In this document: piece by piece, positions 40,472 through 53,856 of the stretch
Layout of the letters: the number at the start of each line of letters is the position of its first letter
How positions within the stretch are numbered: the first letter of the stretch is position 1
Origin: Eledone cirrhosa
Lineage: Eukaryota
Direction: 5' to 3'
DNA: 64,000 nucleotides
Assembly (NCBI GenBank): GCA_964016885.1
Contig: CAXHJY010000726.1
Coordinates: 1-64,000 of the forward strand
Made by a program: the position numbers and the translations under genes
The notes under the pieces: model-generated
The model's input: the letters and a program-made list of their open reading frames with translations, nothing else
Told to the model about the DNA's origin: nothing
The model's database searches: none

Positions 40472-41363
40472 CCAATCATTGTAAGTTTGAATCTAACTGA
40501 CATGCAAAAACATATATATAGGAATAAGGTAAGCCCAAATCATAGTAGATTCAAATATCACAGAGAGAAAGAGAGAGAGAGAGAGAGAGGGGGGGGAGCG
40601 AGAAAGAGAGAAAGAGAGAGAAATGAAACATGGATTACAGCTTAAAATATAGTCTAGATAGATGTGAAACAAAACGAGGATGTAGTTTATGGAACACCCA
40701 AATGATTTAGAAGTCGGCCTTAAGTAGGAGCAATAACATTAAGAAAGACATGAACGACACCACAACACGATGTTTTGAAAATTTTGAAAGTAGGTTTATA
40801 AGTATGAATTTTCATAAGATTTTCGTAGTTTCTCTGTGGCCTAGCGGTAGGTATTGGAGACGATGGAGATTCTGGCCTTAGGTACAATCCTGGTCAAGTT
40901 TTTATTTTACAACCCATAGAAAAGAACTGAAAAGGTTAACTGGGAACTATACTCCTGACCAGAATCGAACTTCAGACTAGGATCACCACCGTCTATAATT
41001 CCTCCAGCTAGGCCACCGAGACAGCTTCAAAAGTATAATGAAAATTGATAATTATAAGCCTACTTTCAAAATCAAAGTTAAACATATGTGGTGTCGTTCA
41101 TAGCTTTCCTAGAGTTATTAGTAATATTTAGGGTCGACTTTTGGTCATTATTGAAAGTCTCTGGATTTCGTAAAATACATATTTTTGATTGGAGAAGGTA
41201 AGATATTTTTCCGCAAAATTTTTATTGCGCTGTTCTGTTTCCATTTATGTATTTTTCGAAAATGTTATTTATTCATTATAAAAATTAAATGATAGCATTC
41301 TATATGTAGGTGCGCCCCCTTCATCTGCTGGCAACCAATATTTTTAGACCCAGTCCACCACTG
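39762..41363. mobile_element. Non-autonomous hAT element with duplicated right end
   Basis: TIRs CAGTGGCAGACTGG and CCAGTCCACCACTG, with 8-bp TSD CTAATAAA/TTAATAAA. An internal copy of the right end lies at 40256-40442. Confidence 0.88.
40702..41149. mobile_element. Diverged foldback element with two convergent tRNA-like heads
   Basis: Arms at 40702-40898 and 40954-41149. Each has an A-box TGGCCTAGC(T)GG and a B-box-like GGTACAATCC or AGTTCGATTC. Confidence 0.7.
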
Positions 41364-41739
41364 TTAATAAATGTAGCATTATTAGATCTAGTACATATTC
41401 TTAACTCACACAAGTCATCATCATACCCATAGGGTAAAGAGGGTCTTTTAGGTGAGTCAGTAATGTCAATTTCCTCAGTACTGGTGCCATGATGAAACTG
41501 AGCCAGTATAATCTGTAAAGTGGTTGGCGCCTAGAAGCAGTAACAACACTGTTGTTGTTCTTCTTATTGTTGTTGAACCCAAGTTATAACCATTCCGTTC
41601 TTTTATCGAGCATTTTAGGATTAAATTATCGACGTGTTCTTTCTCTTTTTTTATGGTAAGGTGTAATTTTAGCAAAGGTTGGCAGCTATTTCTAGCAGGT
41701 TGAATGTTTCACTAGAATTTTATACTTCAATGTTTATCA

Positions 41740-41885
41740 AACTAACCTGTCTATTGTATAACGCTCTTGTCCTTACTTTTGTTTTTATGTAACTTTGTCT
41801 GCCCAGCCTCAATTGTATTGTATCTCCTGTGTTTATAATGTTTACTGTATTTCTATGTGCACGCCCTTGTGACTAATAAAGAAAC
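41740..41885 (+). mobile_element. Tx1-family 3' UTR fragment
   Basis: CGCCCTTGTGACTAATAAAGAAA matches 20673-20696. Confidence 0.7.
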
Positions 41886-41904
41886 TAATATTATTATTAG
41901 GAAC

Positions 41905-42095
41905 GCGGTGGATTGGCAGTATCGGTAGAGGGTCGGACGCCATGCTTTCCAGCATAGTTACGTCCCTTTACGATCTGAGTTCAAATCCCGCCGAGGTTGA
42001 CTTTGCCTTTCATCCTTACGGGGTCGATAAAATAAAGTACCAGTAATGCACTGGGTAATTGCTGGCCTTGTGCCTAAAGTAGAAACAATTATTAG
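41905..42095 (+). mobile_element. tRNA-derived SINE, short young subfamily
   Basis: Near-identical to 44661-44852, 46290-46478 and 55880-56035. Confidence 0.92.
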
Positions 42096-42097
42096 GA

Positions 42098-42270
42098 ACG
42101 CCTTCGCACTCAACGTGCTATCTGTGAGAATGGCCCTGGACCATTTCCTTAATGCAAAACATAAAGTTTGCATTGTCAGAATTAAGGCACCTAACCTGAA
42201 ACATGAGGGAACGAAAGTTGTTCGATGGGTCAGAGTGGCAGAGGCGCAGAGTGGTAAGAAAACCACAATA
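42098..42270 (+). mobile_element. Internal ORF2 fragment of a related Tx1 element
   Basis: VLSVRMALDHFLNAKHKVCIVR..EGTKVVRWVRVAEA aligns with VLASRTALDQFFDAKHEGCVVR..EGAKAVSWARVEEA at 18296-18450. Confidence 0.85.
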
Positions 42271-44660
42271 ATATTTCTGTTTACCAAATTTCACTCTGAA
42301 TGCATAGATAAACTTGAGGCTTAGGCAGAATACACTTGCCAGACTGTCTGAAAAGTTATCAATTAGTTATTAATTATGTTGTAAAGTTAGGGTGATTATA
42401 GGTTTGGAGGTATAAGGGAATAAAAATTATATAGATTTTTGGAATACTACTTAATATATAAAAGACATGCCACTGTTTCAAGTTATGATTGCTGTTGTAT
42501 GAATTCCAACGAATTTGTATCAAATACGAAGATCCACAGACAACAAGTGGATAAGTGGAATGTATGCTATTAAGTAGAATCCGTGGATACCATACTGGTG
42601 TAGCATTTCCAAGAGAATATTATGATCAAAAGAAACTATAAGCACGAGTGAGAGATTTGTTAAGCTGATCAACTTATAAAGGAGAGCTGAGATTTGTTAG
42701 ATACACAGAATATTGAATGCTAAATGAAATAGAAATTTTTGCTAGTAGCATGGAAGCAAATATAATGGTGATATTTAATTACAGATAAGAGACATGTTTT
42801 ACGGAAAAATTAACACGAGCAATACCAATTCACTTTGTTAAAGTATACGGAATAAGGATTTATAATCAAAATTATATTTTCCACTATGATAAATACTGTC
42901 CACAATTGTCAGAGTGAAACAAATTTTTTTTACAATTTTCTCTTCTGCCATGCGTTACAAGACAGAAAGACGAAACTTGCCAACATGGGGAGAATTACCA
43001 AAGCAGATAATATGGTAATATTGGACTGTTTTAAATAATTTACAGCCTTGAGGCATAAACTAATATACAGATGAAGCATGAAAATATTATAACTATTCAA
43101 AGCATTTCGCTATGCTTCTACACTAAAATATATTACACTACATTGTATCGCAGTAGCAATGGCACACAAGATTTTCAGTGAAATAAAAAAAATGAAAAAA
43201 AAAAAAGATATTTCATCAATCACTCGTTCATTAAAGTCTCAGATAATTATTAGAGAGGAGATTTCCTGTATCTTAATTTGCAAATATGGCTCTTTTCCTT
43301 CTTTGGCATCTAATGTGTGAGTCTTAGCCTTCTTTGGCTTTGAACAGCTACACATACATTTGTAAATGTTGAGTTCCACGAAATACGGTTGCCTCTGGAT
43401 GCTATATCAATGTTCAGACATTAATGGATGTTTCCAAGAGACTTACATTTACTCAAAACGTGTTTGATGTACCTGCTTATGAGCCTTTTCTGACTCCATA
43501 TATAACTGTTTTTCCGTATACCTCCTCAAATATTTTACGAAGACTAAAATGTAAATCTTCTGTGGCTGAAGGTGCTCTGCATACTAACTCTGCTTAGGAC
43601 TACGTTGTTGCCAAACTGTATTGTATCAAGACAGTGTTCACAACATCCTCATCATCCACCATCATCCTCAGCATCCTCATAATCAGCATCATCCACATCA
43701 TAAATATCATACTTTGTTCTTATAGCATTAAACCAACCGCCACCATAACCACCACAATAGCCGAAGCATCTTTCTCACTCTCTCAATTCAATCAAGCGGT
43801 TTACAACTACAAGAACTTTTGAAAGACAAAATATCTAAAGCATCATAAGAAAATACGATCCTTATTTCCAAACTCTAGTTTCTTTATATTTTTCAAATGT
43901 TTGATAAAGGTAGATGGGCACCAACCGTTAGGCTTAAATGTCAGAGTTACCATATTGTTAATTCTCAATTGAACCCCTCAAGCAGCAAATATTTCCTGGA
44001 TTTCACAAATTTATTTCATTACATGTTGACAGTGAAGCTATCAAACGTGGATTTGACGTGCTATGTGTGCTTGTTTATAGAATTACAAGATTAGATGTAG
44101 GAGTGAATATTCGCTGATTTAAATTTAAAAAAAAAAAAAAAATACAATAAATGAAGATTTACATCTCAGCTATAACGACTGAGATAAAATTTCAACAATC
44201 TCAGCTAAAAATAAAAGGAAAAAATTAACGGAAAAATATTGATTTTTTTTCAACATTTTCTTTCAACTTTCAAAACTTGCAATGGGGAATGTGTTTTCAT
44301 GCCAGATTTTGGTAATATTTTTGGAGTAAGAGACAGGCAGCTCAATTCTGTATATCTAAACCTCGTGGACAAAAGAACATTTTGACTAGAATAATGATAA
44401 ACTTAACACAGAGCTTTTAATAAACCTTGTGAAAATCCAGGAAATATAATCCCCAAGATAACATCAAAAGGCTTAATGTATAATAAATAAATGATGTTCC
44501 CTGGAATATAGCAGATGTAAAGACTTAAGACTTAGTAATGTGATAAACAACGATTTCTCACATCGCTATAAGGTGACAAGTCTAACTATAACTAACTTGA
44601 TCGTTAGTGAGTCAGAAGAACAAATAGGACAGCTAATTAGCTCGGTTTTCTTGACATTAA

Positions 44661-44852
44661 GGACGGTGGATTGGCAGTATCGGTGGAGAGACGGACGGCA
44701 TGCTTTCCAGCATAGAGTTACGCCTCTTTAAGGTTTGAGTTCAAATCTCGCCGTGGTTAACTTTGCCTTTCATCCTTACGGGGTCGATAAAATAAAGTAC
44801 CAGAAATGCACTGGGATAATTGCTGGCCTTGTGCCAAAAGTAGAAACAATTA
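44661..44852 (+). mobile_element. tRNA-derived SINE, short young subfamily
   Basis: Same family as 41905. Confidence 0.92.
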
Positions 44853-44974
44853 ATGATATTAATGTTATCGTTCTTTGCATATTCTAGCATTGGTCTTATT
44901 TTCGGGCTGACCATCACGTGTAAATATACAAATGGAACACAAGCCAACAAATACCGACCGAATGCTGAAACGAT

Positions 44975-45650
44975 TCATATTAATGCCAAGATAAGTTACT
45001 GATCAATAAACCCATAACTGAAAACTATATGAAGAGAAATAGGGTTCTGTCAAGTTACTGCTAGATTGATTACAAGAAAACATCTGACAGTGTTCCTAAC
45101 TTATGAAAATAATAACCTCGAGGAAATTAACATCAATAAGAAGTAGCTACACCAAACATGTCTTGAATAAATGTATGATAATCACACAGACCCAAACAAA
45201 CGAGGGAATTACAAATATGAAACCGATTACGATAAGAAGAGGAATATTCTGGAAAAGACGCCATTTATTCACAAGTAACACATTTACGCATGCTAAGATA
45301 GATTGGATACGGATACAGGGACTGATAATCAAATATTGCACGTATATGGATAGCCTAAATTTGTATGATGTAGATTACAAACTGGAATCATTTTGTGTGG
45401 ATTCCAAATACACATATTTAGTGGAAAAGCTTACATGAAATTCAATTAGGAAAATGAACCAAAGAATATAAATACAAAATAAAACAGAAAAATCGTATCG
45501 AATTTTAAAAGAACTATGATAAAATATAGAGATAAGAGAATTAGATTAAGAACAGACTTACAAATATTTAAGAATTAATGAAATGGACTGTATTGCACAT
45601 GAGAACTAAAGCAAATATTAAACAGAAATACCATAGTAGCATTAGATTAA
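44975..45650 (+). pseudogene. Old R4/Dong-like reverse transcriptase remnant
   Basis: CQDKLLINK, IDYKK..DSVP, ITIRRGIF and EQTYKYL, in order. Confidence 0.7.
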
Positions 45651-45689
45651 TACTGGTTTCTAATTTAGGCAGACAGAAAAGTAGATTAT

Positions 45690-45925
45690 ATTATTCTCAG
45701 TATTTTGTTTTATCAACCTCGGAAGGATAAAAGGCAAAGCTGACTTCGGCGGGATTTTAACTCAGAATGTAAAGGACCGTAACTTTTTGCCAGCATTAGA
45801 TAAATAATTGTTTCCACTTTTGGCACAAGGCCAGCAATTATCCCAGTACATTACTGGTACTTTATTTTATCAACCCGTAAGGATGAAAGGCAAAGTTAAC
45901 CTCGGCGGGATTTGAACTCAGACCT
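45690..45925 (-). mobile_element. Two tandem partial tRNA-derived SINEs
   Basis: GGATGAAAGGCAAAG..CGGCGGGATTT occurs twice. Confidence 0.85.
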
Positions 45926-46289
45926 TCAAAGGTAGTATGTAACAATAGTTTAGTTGTTACAGTTATAATTGCTTCGACTGGGTGGTAAGAGAATTAGCAA
46001 AACTACATAGATAGGAAAACGAGCAAACTATAGAATGCGTCAAGATTGCACTACGGAAAATATGGCACAAAAAACTAGAACTATTTTAAAATTTCTGCTA
46101 CAGAACTACATCAAAATATAAAATGTAGAACACCAAAAATTTCATAGAAATAATTACAAAATATGAGCAAAACAAAACTGTTTTCTATCTTCAAAGAATT
46201 GACGAAAATTATCTAAGGACGCCATCCATACGAAAAATAACTGTCAATTTATAGCCACCATACCAATTGGCAAACATCTAATTAATTAA

Positions 46290-46478
46290 TTATTTCTACT
46301 TTTGGCACAATGCCAGCAATTATCTAAGTGTACTACTGGTACTTTATTTTATGACCCCGTAAGGATGGTCGGCAAAGTTAACCTCGGCGGGATTTGAACT
46401 CAGACCATAAAGGGCCGTAACTCTTTGCTTCAAAGCATGGCGTCCGACCCTCTACCGATACTGCTAATCCACCGCCCT
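46290..46478 (-). mobile_element. tRNA-derived SINE, short young subfamily
   Basis: Same family as 41905. Confidence 0.92.
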
Positions 46479-46986
46479 TTATGATCAGATTCTAACTCAG
46501 CACATCATGCGTTACAGGATATTAGAATTATCAATGAAAAGCAACATCCACAAATTCACTTGACAACAGAGTACGTTTAATACTGATGACATCATCATAA
46601 TTTAATTGATGGAGTTGACTTTCTTTTTTGAATTAGCCCCGAGGAAACACCATATGACACCGTCTAACCCTATTTATTCTTCCTACGTAAATTGATTACC
46701 GTTTATTCCAAATCAAAACGTCAATAGATTTCTAAAGAAATGTGTTTACTTCCAAGTTCGTCAAAGTAACCTATTAAAGAATATTTTATTTAGTATTTTT
46801 ATTTTTTATAAATTTGATTAATCCCTTTGTACGTCTTTACTAACAGTGATCGCTGTAGCAGGTGAGAAGAAAATTAGCTTCTTCCTTGTAACTAAGTAAC
46901 ACAACCACAACAGTTATGACGTCATGCGTCTGTCAGAGAGACCTTGAAACATTGTATGACATTTTTTAACGCCTCAACAAAACTGC

Positions 46987-47499
46987 TTGCCTCAGCTCAT
47001 TGATCTCTCTCACACATCTTCTCCCCTTCTCACACATTTTACCTGATACTATTGCTTTTGTTCCCTGGTAGGTTTCAGGGATATAATAAATATGTACGAT
47101 TTGTAATCTCAACAGACTATATATATATATATATATATATAGTAATAATAATAAATTTGAAGACTAAAATCCAAAGAGGGCTCGATAAGGATAAATATAT
47201 ATCAAATATATAAGAACCGTAGAGCAAATATTTATTAAAATAACAGATTAAAGTTTAAGCAAAGAATCGCTGCTTTAATCTGTTATTTTAATAAATATAT
47301 ATATATATATATATATTGGTAAACGGAATAGAAAATGCTGACAAATTGTTCACAGTTGAAAAATGGTTTAATTAGGAAATGTGTGAGAAGGGGAGAAGAT
47401 GTGTGAGAGAGATCAATGAGCTGAGGCAATTTCCTAATTAAACCATTTTTCAACTGTGAACAATTTGTCAGCATTTTCTATTCCGTTTACCAATATATA
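46987..47499. repeat. Nested inverted repeats: 47310-47380/47429-47499, spacer equal to the inverse of 46987-47039, and 47229-47253/47273-47297
   Basis: Direct alignment. The arms appear perfect. Confidence 0.95.
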
Positions 47500-47528
47500 A
47501 TAACTTGTGTGTTACACCTCTATTCTTT

Positions 47529-47621
<93 letters not shown>

Positions 47622-47769
47622 ATTATCATTACTATTATTATTATTATTATTATCATATATATATATAATAAAGGAACGATCGACTTTCGTCAAATCGGAC
47701 CGAGGAAACAATGTTTCCGTTGGTCTTTCTAATTGCTAATACTATCTATCGGTCGCAACGCCAGGTAGA

Positions 47770-47888
47770 AGGAGCAACGTGAAATAAAGTGTCTTGCTCA
47801 AGGCCATAACGCATCGCCTGGTCCAGGAATCGAACTCACAACCTTACGATTGCGAATCCAATTCTCTAACCACTCAGCCACACGCCGT
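47770..47888 (-). mobile_element. CORE-type tRNA SINE, 5' half
   Basis: TGGCTGAGTGGTTAG, GAGTTCGATTCC and CCTTGAGCAAGACACTTT. Confidence 0.85.
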
Positions 47889-48289
47889 ATACACACGCAT
47901 ATGCGCGGTGTGTGTGTTTTTTTTACTGGTGTCAATCATTAGACTGTGGTTATGCTGGGGCATTTTATCGAGCATATGGACCACATAACTAATTTTTTCA
48001 AGTCTGATACTTATTTATTGATTTCTTTTGTCAAACCGCAACTTTATGCTAAACGTAAACAAGGACACAGTAACACATATATCTATATCTATTTATCTAT
48101 CTATTTATATATTTATTTATATATTTATTTATATATTTATTTATTTATCTCTCTATATATATATTCTCAAAAATGGCTAATTGAATACGCTATGTGCGCC
48201 CCTCCCCACTTTTTTTCTTATTTGTTCACCCGTTCCTTTCTCCTCTCATTCTTTATCTTTCTATTTTATCTTTTATTTTCCAACTCTTT

Positions 48290-48324
48290 CTTCTGATGAA
48301 GGACTAGTGTCCGAAACGTTAAGC
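48290..48324 (+). ncRNA. Minimal hammerhead ribozyme motif, canonical core
   Basis: CTGATGA-a-gga-ctagtg-tcc-GAAACGTTA, with palindromic stem III AACGTT. Stem I is weak. Confidence 0.65.
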
Positions 48325-49700
48325 TTCTTTTCCAGTTATTTCAAGCGCGTTAAACTAATATATTTCTTCCATGTACTGTGTCGTTTGCTTTGTTATCTCT
48401 GTTTACTCTTTACGTAGCCATGTGTGTGCATGTGAATGCGTGTGTATGTGTGTGTATGTATATATGTGTGCGTATGTGTGTATGTATGTGTATTCTATAT
48501 CTGGTCATTATTATGTATCTGGTAGTCATTTGTTTAAAATCCTTTGTTACCCTCATCAGCGGAGGTACAAAGTGAATTGTAAATGTATTTCACTGTTTTT
48601 AGATACTGTCGCATAGACACCTGTGTTATAACAGAAACGACCAAAATATTTAATAATTTGCAGTGCAAGTAACACCGTAAGAATAATCAAGCTCTCAGAA
48701 TCAATTAAAATATGAAAATCAACTTTCGGAAATAAACTGTTACAGTATACAAGGAATATCATAAATGCATTATTCTGTTTATATTCATCATGACACAGAC
48801 GCCTGTACTGAAAAAACATTACATAAAAGTCTAAATGATCTATATACATCTGTTGATTTTCATATTCTGATTTTGTTGTGTGTTAATCTCGTAAGACTTT
48901 GATACCTTATCTTTTCATATATCTTTGACACCTTATATTTTCAACACTGATTTTCTATACTTATTCCATTTAGCAGTTTAATGCCTGCACTTTCTAAACA
49001 TTTTAAGTATACTTTTTCTCTATTTGGAGATAACCGTGGAACATAACTCACACCTAACAAAATTTATATCTAACACGTTATACTCCTGACAACTTCTTTA
49101 GTCTATAATAAAATCTTGGAGATCCCTCTATATATCACAGCTCGTCTGATGATTAATTAAAATATGTTGAGCGTGAAACTTTGAATTCCAATGTATAATC
49201 ACTAACGGACTCCATCATATTATACATATTTCTTTCTACTATAATCCGTATATTAAGTTAGTTCGTGTAAAAAGCTATAAAATCTCAGGTGACTGATATC
49301 TAATGGTGTTTGAAGCTTTCTTGTATTAACATCATTTAGATCTTTTAGGGTTACGCTGAAAAAAATTCGGTGAGATTCACTCGTTCCACATATAGGCGTA
49401 TAAGATCTAAACAAGTATAAACACTTATGATAAAAAATATGGAGAACAACTTTTGATAGGATGATCTGCTACAAAATTGTATATTGGAAATTCCTAAGAA
49501 AATATTCATGAAGAATTTCTTTTAGGAATCCACACTGAACTTATGAATATAGAAAACTAGTGTTTGATAAATAGAAAGTTGCTCAAGAAAATTGTGATAA
49601 AATCCTATGATGTCGGGTTTAGGTCCACTGCATTTATAGCCTTGACTTAATCACATGCTTTGTGTATAAAATTTGGTAGCAACAATCTAGAGGCCTGTCG

Positions 49701-49766
<66 letters not shown>

Positions 49767-50095
49767 GCTAAGTACATATGTATATATGCCTATATATATA
49801 TATACATCATACGATGAAATATTGGTGTTGGTAGCAAACCAAGCACTCTATGCACAGGCAGAGTGTATATAATAGAAAAAACGAGGAAGCTTCGTTTACA
49901 TATGAAAAATATTTATTGTGTATCGACCTGTTACGCGCGTTTGGCAGAAGATTGGCTCAAGGTGACCCGTAGGCATTATGGACCCGACTCCAGTATCGAT
50001 CTGCTCCTCAGACTGGTGAGGCGACAAAACATATATTTTTGTTGTGTTATGTGGACCGAGGATGTATGTATATATATATAGGCATCTCCCTATTT

Positions 50096-50385
50096 TTTTG
50101 TGTATGGGCGTAGGTGTATATTTTGGTGTAATTGGTGGGGCGGCAATGCGGGTGTATTCACCGGTATTCATGTTCGTATTTAAGGATTCGTGTATGTGTG
50201 CGTGCACGCATTTGGGCGCGTTTTGGAATGTGTATTGGTTAGTCAAGGACTTGTTTTGGTGTAAACAGGAAGCAGGGATTTGTGTAGTGTGCTAGGTAAA
50301 TACGCACATGAATACCGGTCAATACACACCCTCATTGCCGCCTCACCAATTACACCAAAATATACACATACGCCCATACACAAAA
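50096..50385. repeat. Imperfect inverted repeat of about 88 bp (50096-50182/50297-50385)
   Basis: Direct alignment, with mirrored ORFs in the track. Confidence 0.9.
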
Positions 50386-51476
50386 GAAGGCCAATGCGAT
50401 GGACTGGCGCTTTGTCCAGAGGGAGTCTTGTACTCTCAGTCGTTTCATGCCACAAAAACCAAGATAAGCACCGGCCTAATGAGCCTCCGAGCTCGAGACA
50501 GAATTTAGACCTTTTTAGGTTGAGAATTACACAAGCACCGATAACTTAATTCTGAAGCGAATCTGTAGCAAATCATTCAAAGGATTTCCACACAATTTCT
50601 TCCTATAGATTTACTGTCTTGGGTTGCACGAAGCTATCTTAGAATTAGTTGCTCAAGACGCCATGCAGTAGAATCGAACCTAAAACCTAATAATTGTAAA
50701 GCGAACTTCTTAACCCTCAACAATAGCTGCGCCCATAGTAATAAGTATTGCATTGCCAGAAACATTTGTAGCAGTAGAGATATCAGATGCAGAACTTCAC
50801 ATAACAAAATATATCTCCTTCGATTGCGAGAGGATAGAAAAAATGGCATGGAGAAGCTGAAACATATATCCATAAAGATGTAATAGCATCAGTGTCGGTG
50901 TTACACTCAAACTCTCATTGAGACACATTCATGATACATATAAAGCGACTTAACACAGTTATATGTTCAACCTCTCCCTACACCCACTAGATACATCAAG
51001 CACACATTTTAAAGAAAACATCGGCAAGATAAGAAGTATGAACCAAGCAGCACCAGAATACCAATATATAGGATGATTTCAGGCATTAGAACCTCAAATA
51101 CCAGTTGTTCGTAAGAAAAATAATGTCTCTGTTTGACTTTACCGGCATGCAGTTAATAAAACAATAGTTTGTAATCAAAACTGAGGCAGAAATGCATTTG
51201 ATTTCTGCTTCACAAGCAATGCAGAAATCGTCTACAATTTAAAGGGATTCCAACAATATTCTCTAAATATATCATTATAGAAATGATATTAATTGGTCCA
51301 AGACAACACGCAGCTCAGCATCCCACCCACCAAATATATAACAACCCATATTGAAATACGTACATATATACATATATACATATATACATATGTACTTAGC
51401 CATATGTGTGTGTGTGTGTGAGTGAAAGCAACTGGTGCGTGTGTTTCTTATTGGCAACATGACCCTCCCAAAGCAT

Positions 51477-51507
<31 letters not shown>

Positions 51508-51520
51508 CATATGTGTGTGC

Positions 51521-51632
<112 letters not shown>

Positions 51633-51646
51633 ATAATAATAAAGGT

Positions 51647-51850
51647 GAAGACTAAAATCCAAAGAGGGCTCGATAAGGATAAATATATATCAAATATATA
51701 AGAATCCTAGAGCAAATATTTATTAAAATAACAGATTGAAGTTTAAGCAAAGAATCGCTGCTTTCACCCTTAATGGGATCTTCTGAAATTTTCAGAATAT
51801 ATATCCCAAGAGTGAAAGCAGCGATTCTCTTCTTAAACTTTAATCTGTTA

Positions 51851-51858
<8 letters not shown>
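51647..51858. repeat. pLTR-like repeat (direct copy of 47158-47275) ending in a foldback that contains a hammerhead fold (51740-51789, minus strand, core CAGAAGA)
   Basis: attt-CAGAAGA-tccc/gggt-GAAA-gca..tgCTT-aaac. Flanked by (TA)n on both sides. Confidence 0.8.
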
Positions 51859-51901
<43 letters not shown>

Positions 51902-52820
51902 GATATATATATATATGGGATAACAAATTATCGTTATAGGTAATCCAGTTAGAGGTTGTGAGTACTCCGTATTGTGGATAGTTTTAATGTACAGCGTTGT
52001 TTGACTCAACAAGAGGTTTCCTTATTTAGGTGGCGAGTTCTCGGGAATTCCTATGCAGGTTAATCTTGGAGTAATAATAGTGAAAGAGTGAAGAATAACA
52101 TGGTCAACAGTACAAAAAGGGTTTTATTTACAATATTAACAACTGTTTCATTGATTAGGGTGTCTAAAAATTGCTAATCACTTGAAGTTGTGTCACTCAA
52201 TTTTAAATACATGTACGCCTAATCAAATCATCGGAATAACTGATTAAAATTATACACGGCGCTTGTAATATACTAGGAAAATTCAAATCACATAAGTAAT
52301 AAAGAAAGACAAAGAAAAAAGAAAAAAGAAAAAAGAAAAAGGAAAAAGGAAAAAAGAAAAAAGAAAAAAGAAAAAAGAAAAAAGAAAAAAGAAAAAAGAA
52401 AAAAATAATAAATAAATAATAATAAATAAGTTAGAATGAAGATGATGAAAAATAAGTAAAAAAATATGTGTGAAAAAAAGTGAATATAATATGATTGTTG
52501 AAAATAGTTGCAGTGGTGGTAGTGGGGTGGTTAAAGTTATAGTGGTTGTAAGTATAAAGATGTGATGGTATAAATATGAAAATATTAAATATATACACAT
52601 ATGTATTGGTTAAATTACAGAGGGTTATATTATGAAGAAATAATACAGTGTTACATAAAGGATAAATTAATAAATTGGAAGTTATGTGAGAGGTGAAGAG
52701 AACATGATAGGATATAATGGAAGCGGTGAAATAGTTTTAGGGAAAGAGAGTGAAAGAAAGAAAGGTTAGGAGGTTATAATGTTGATTTAGTGATTAATTG
52801 ATCTATTGACAGTTAATAAT

Positions 52821-53037
52821 GGTTTCTTATATAGGCACAAGGTCAGTAATTTGGAGGAGGGGAAAGTCGATTAAATCGACTCCAGTTCGTGACTGGTACT
52901 TTATTTTATCGACCCCATAAGGATGAAAGGCAAAGTTAACCTCGGCGGGATTTGAGCTCAGATCATAAAGAGCCGTAACTCTATGCTGCAAAGCATGGCG
53001 TCCGACCTTCTACCAATACTGCCAATCCACCGCCCTC
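52821..53037 (-). mobile_element. Young tRNA-derived SINE with a TSD of about 19 bp
   Basis: TCTATTGACAGTTAATAAT on both sides. Confidence 0.92.
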
Positions 53038-53052
53038 TATTGACAGTTAATA

Positions 53053-53243
53053 ATAATTGTTTCTACTTTTGGCACAACGCCAGCAATTACCCACTGCATT
53101 ACTGGTACTTTATTTTATCGACCCCGTAAGGATGAAAGGCAAAGTTAACCTCGGCGGGATTTGAAATCAGAATGGTAAGGGCCGTAACTCTATACGTCAA
53201 AGCATGGCGTCCGACCCGCTACCTATACTGCCAATCGACCGCT
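53053..53243 (-). mobile_element. tRNA-derived SINE, short subfamily
   Basis: Same family as 41905. Confidence 0.9.
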
Positions 53244-53817
53244 AATAATAATGGGTTATTATAATAGACTCTAAGTGGTTCAATTTTAATTATGGGATTG
53301 TTGGATCGAATCATGTTGGTTTGAAATTTGCGAATTTAGTAGCTGCTTTATGCCTACAGAAAATTGACCGTTCTATTTTGCTGTTAAACAGCATTTTGTC
53401 ATACTTTAAAATATAGAGCAACTCCATATTGCAAAGTCCACAGTGGGACATTCCATTTTTGTAGGCCTTTGCCCCCGATAATTTCGACCAGCTAATCCCG
53501 TATTCTTGGTTTGTATCCTTAAGCTGGTAGATTTTATTGGCGAGCGTTGTTGTGTTCTCTCTCTCTTTTTCTTTTTTTCTGTTTTTCTTTTTCTTTCTTT
53601 ATTACTGATGTTGTGATTTGAATTTTCCTAGTATACAAACGCTGTGTATAATTTTAATCAGTTATTCCGATGATTTGATTAGGCATACATGTATTTAAAA
53701 TTGAGTGATACAACTTCAAGTGATTAGCAATTTTTAGACATCCTAATCAACGAAACAATTGTTAATACTGTAAATAAAACCCTTTTTGTACTGTTGACCA
53801 TGTTATTCTTCACTCTT

Positions 53818-53856
<39 letters not shown>

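Larger units (their letters stand above)
52077..53824. repeat. Inverted pLTR-like pair of about 215 bp (52077-52292/53612-53824), each arm with a hammerhead fold (core CCGAUGA at 53667)
   Basis: tatt-CCGATGA-tttgattagg...cctaatcaac-GAAA-caattGTT-aata. Confidence 0.85.
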
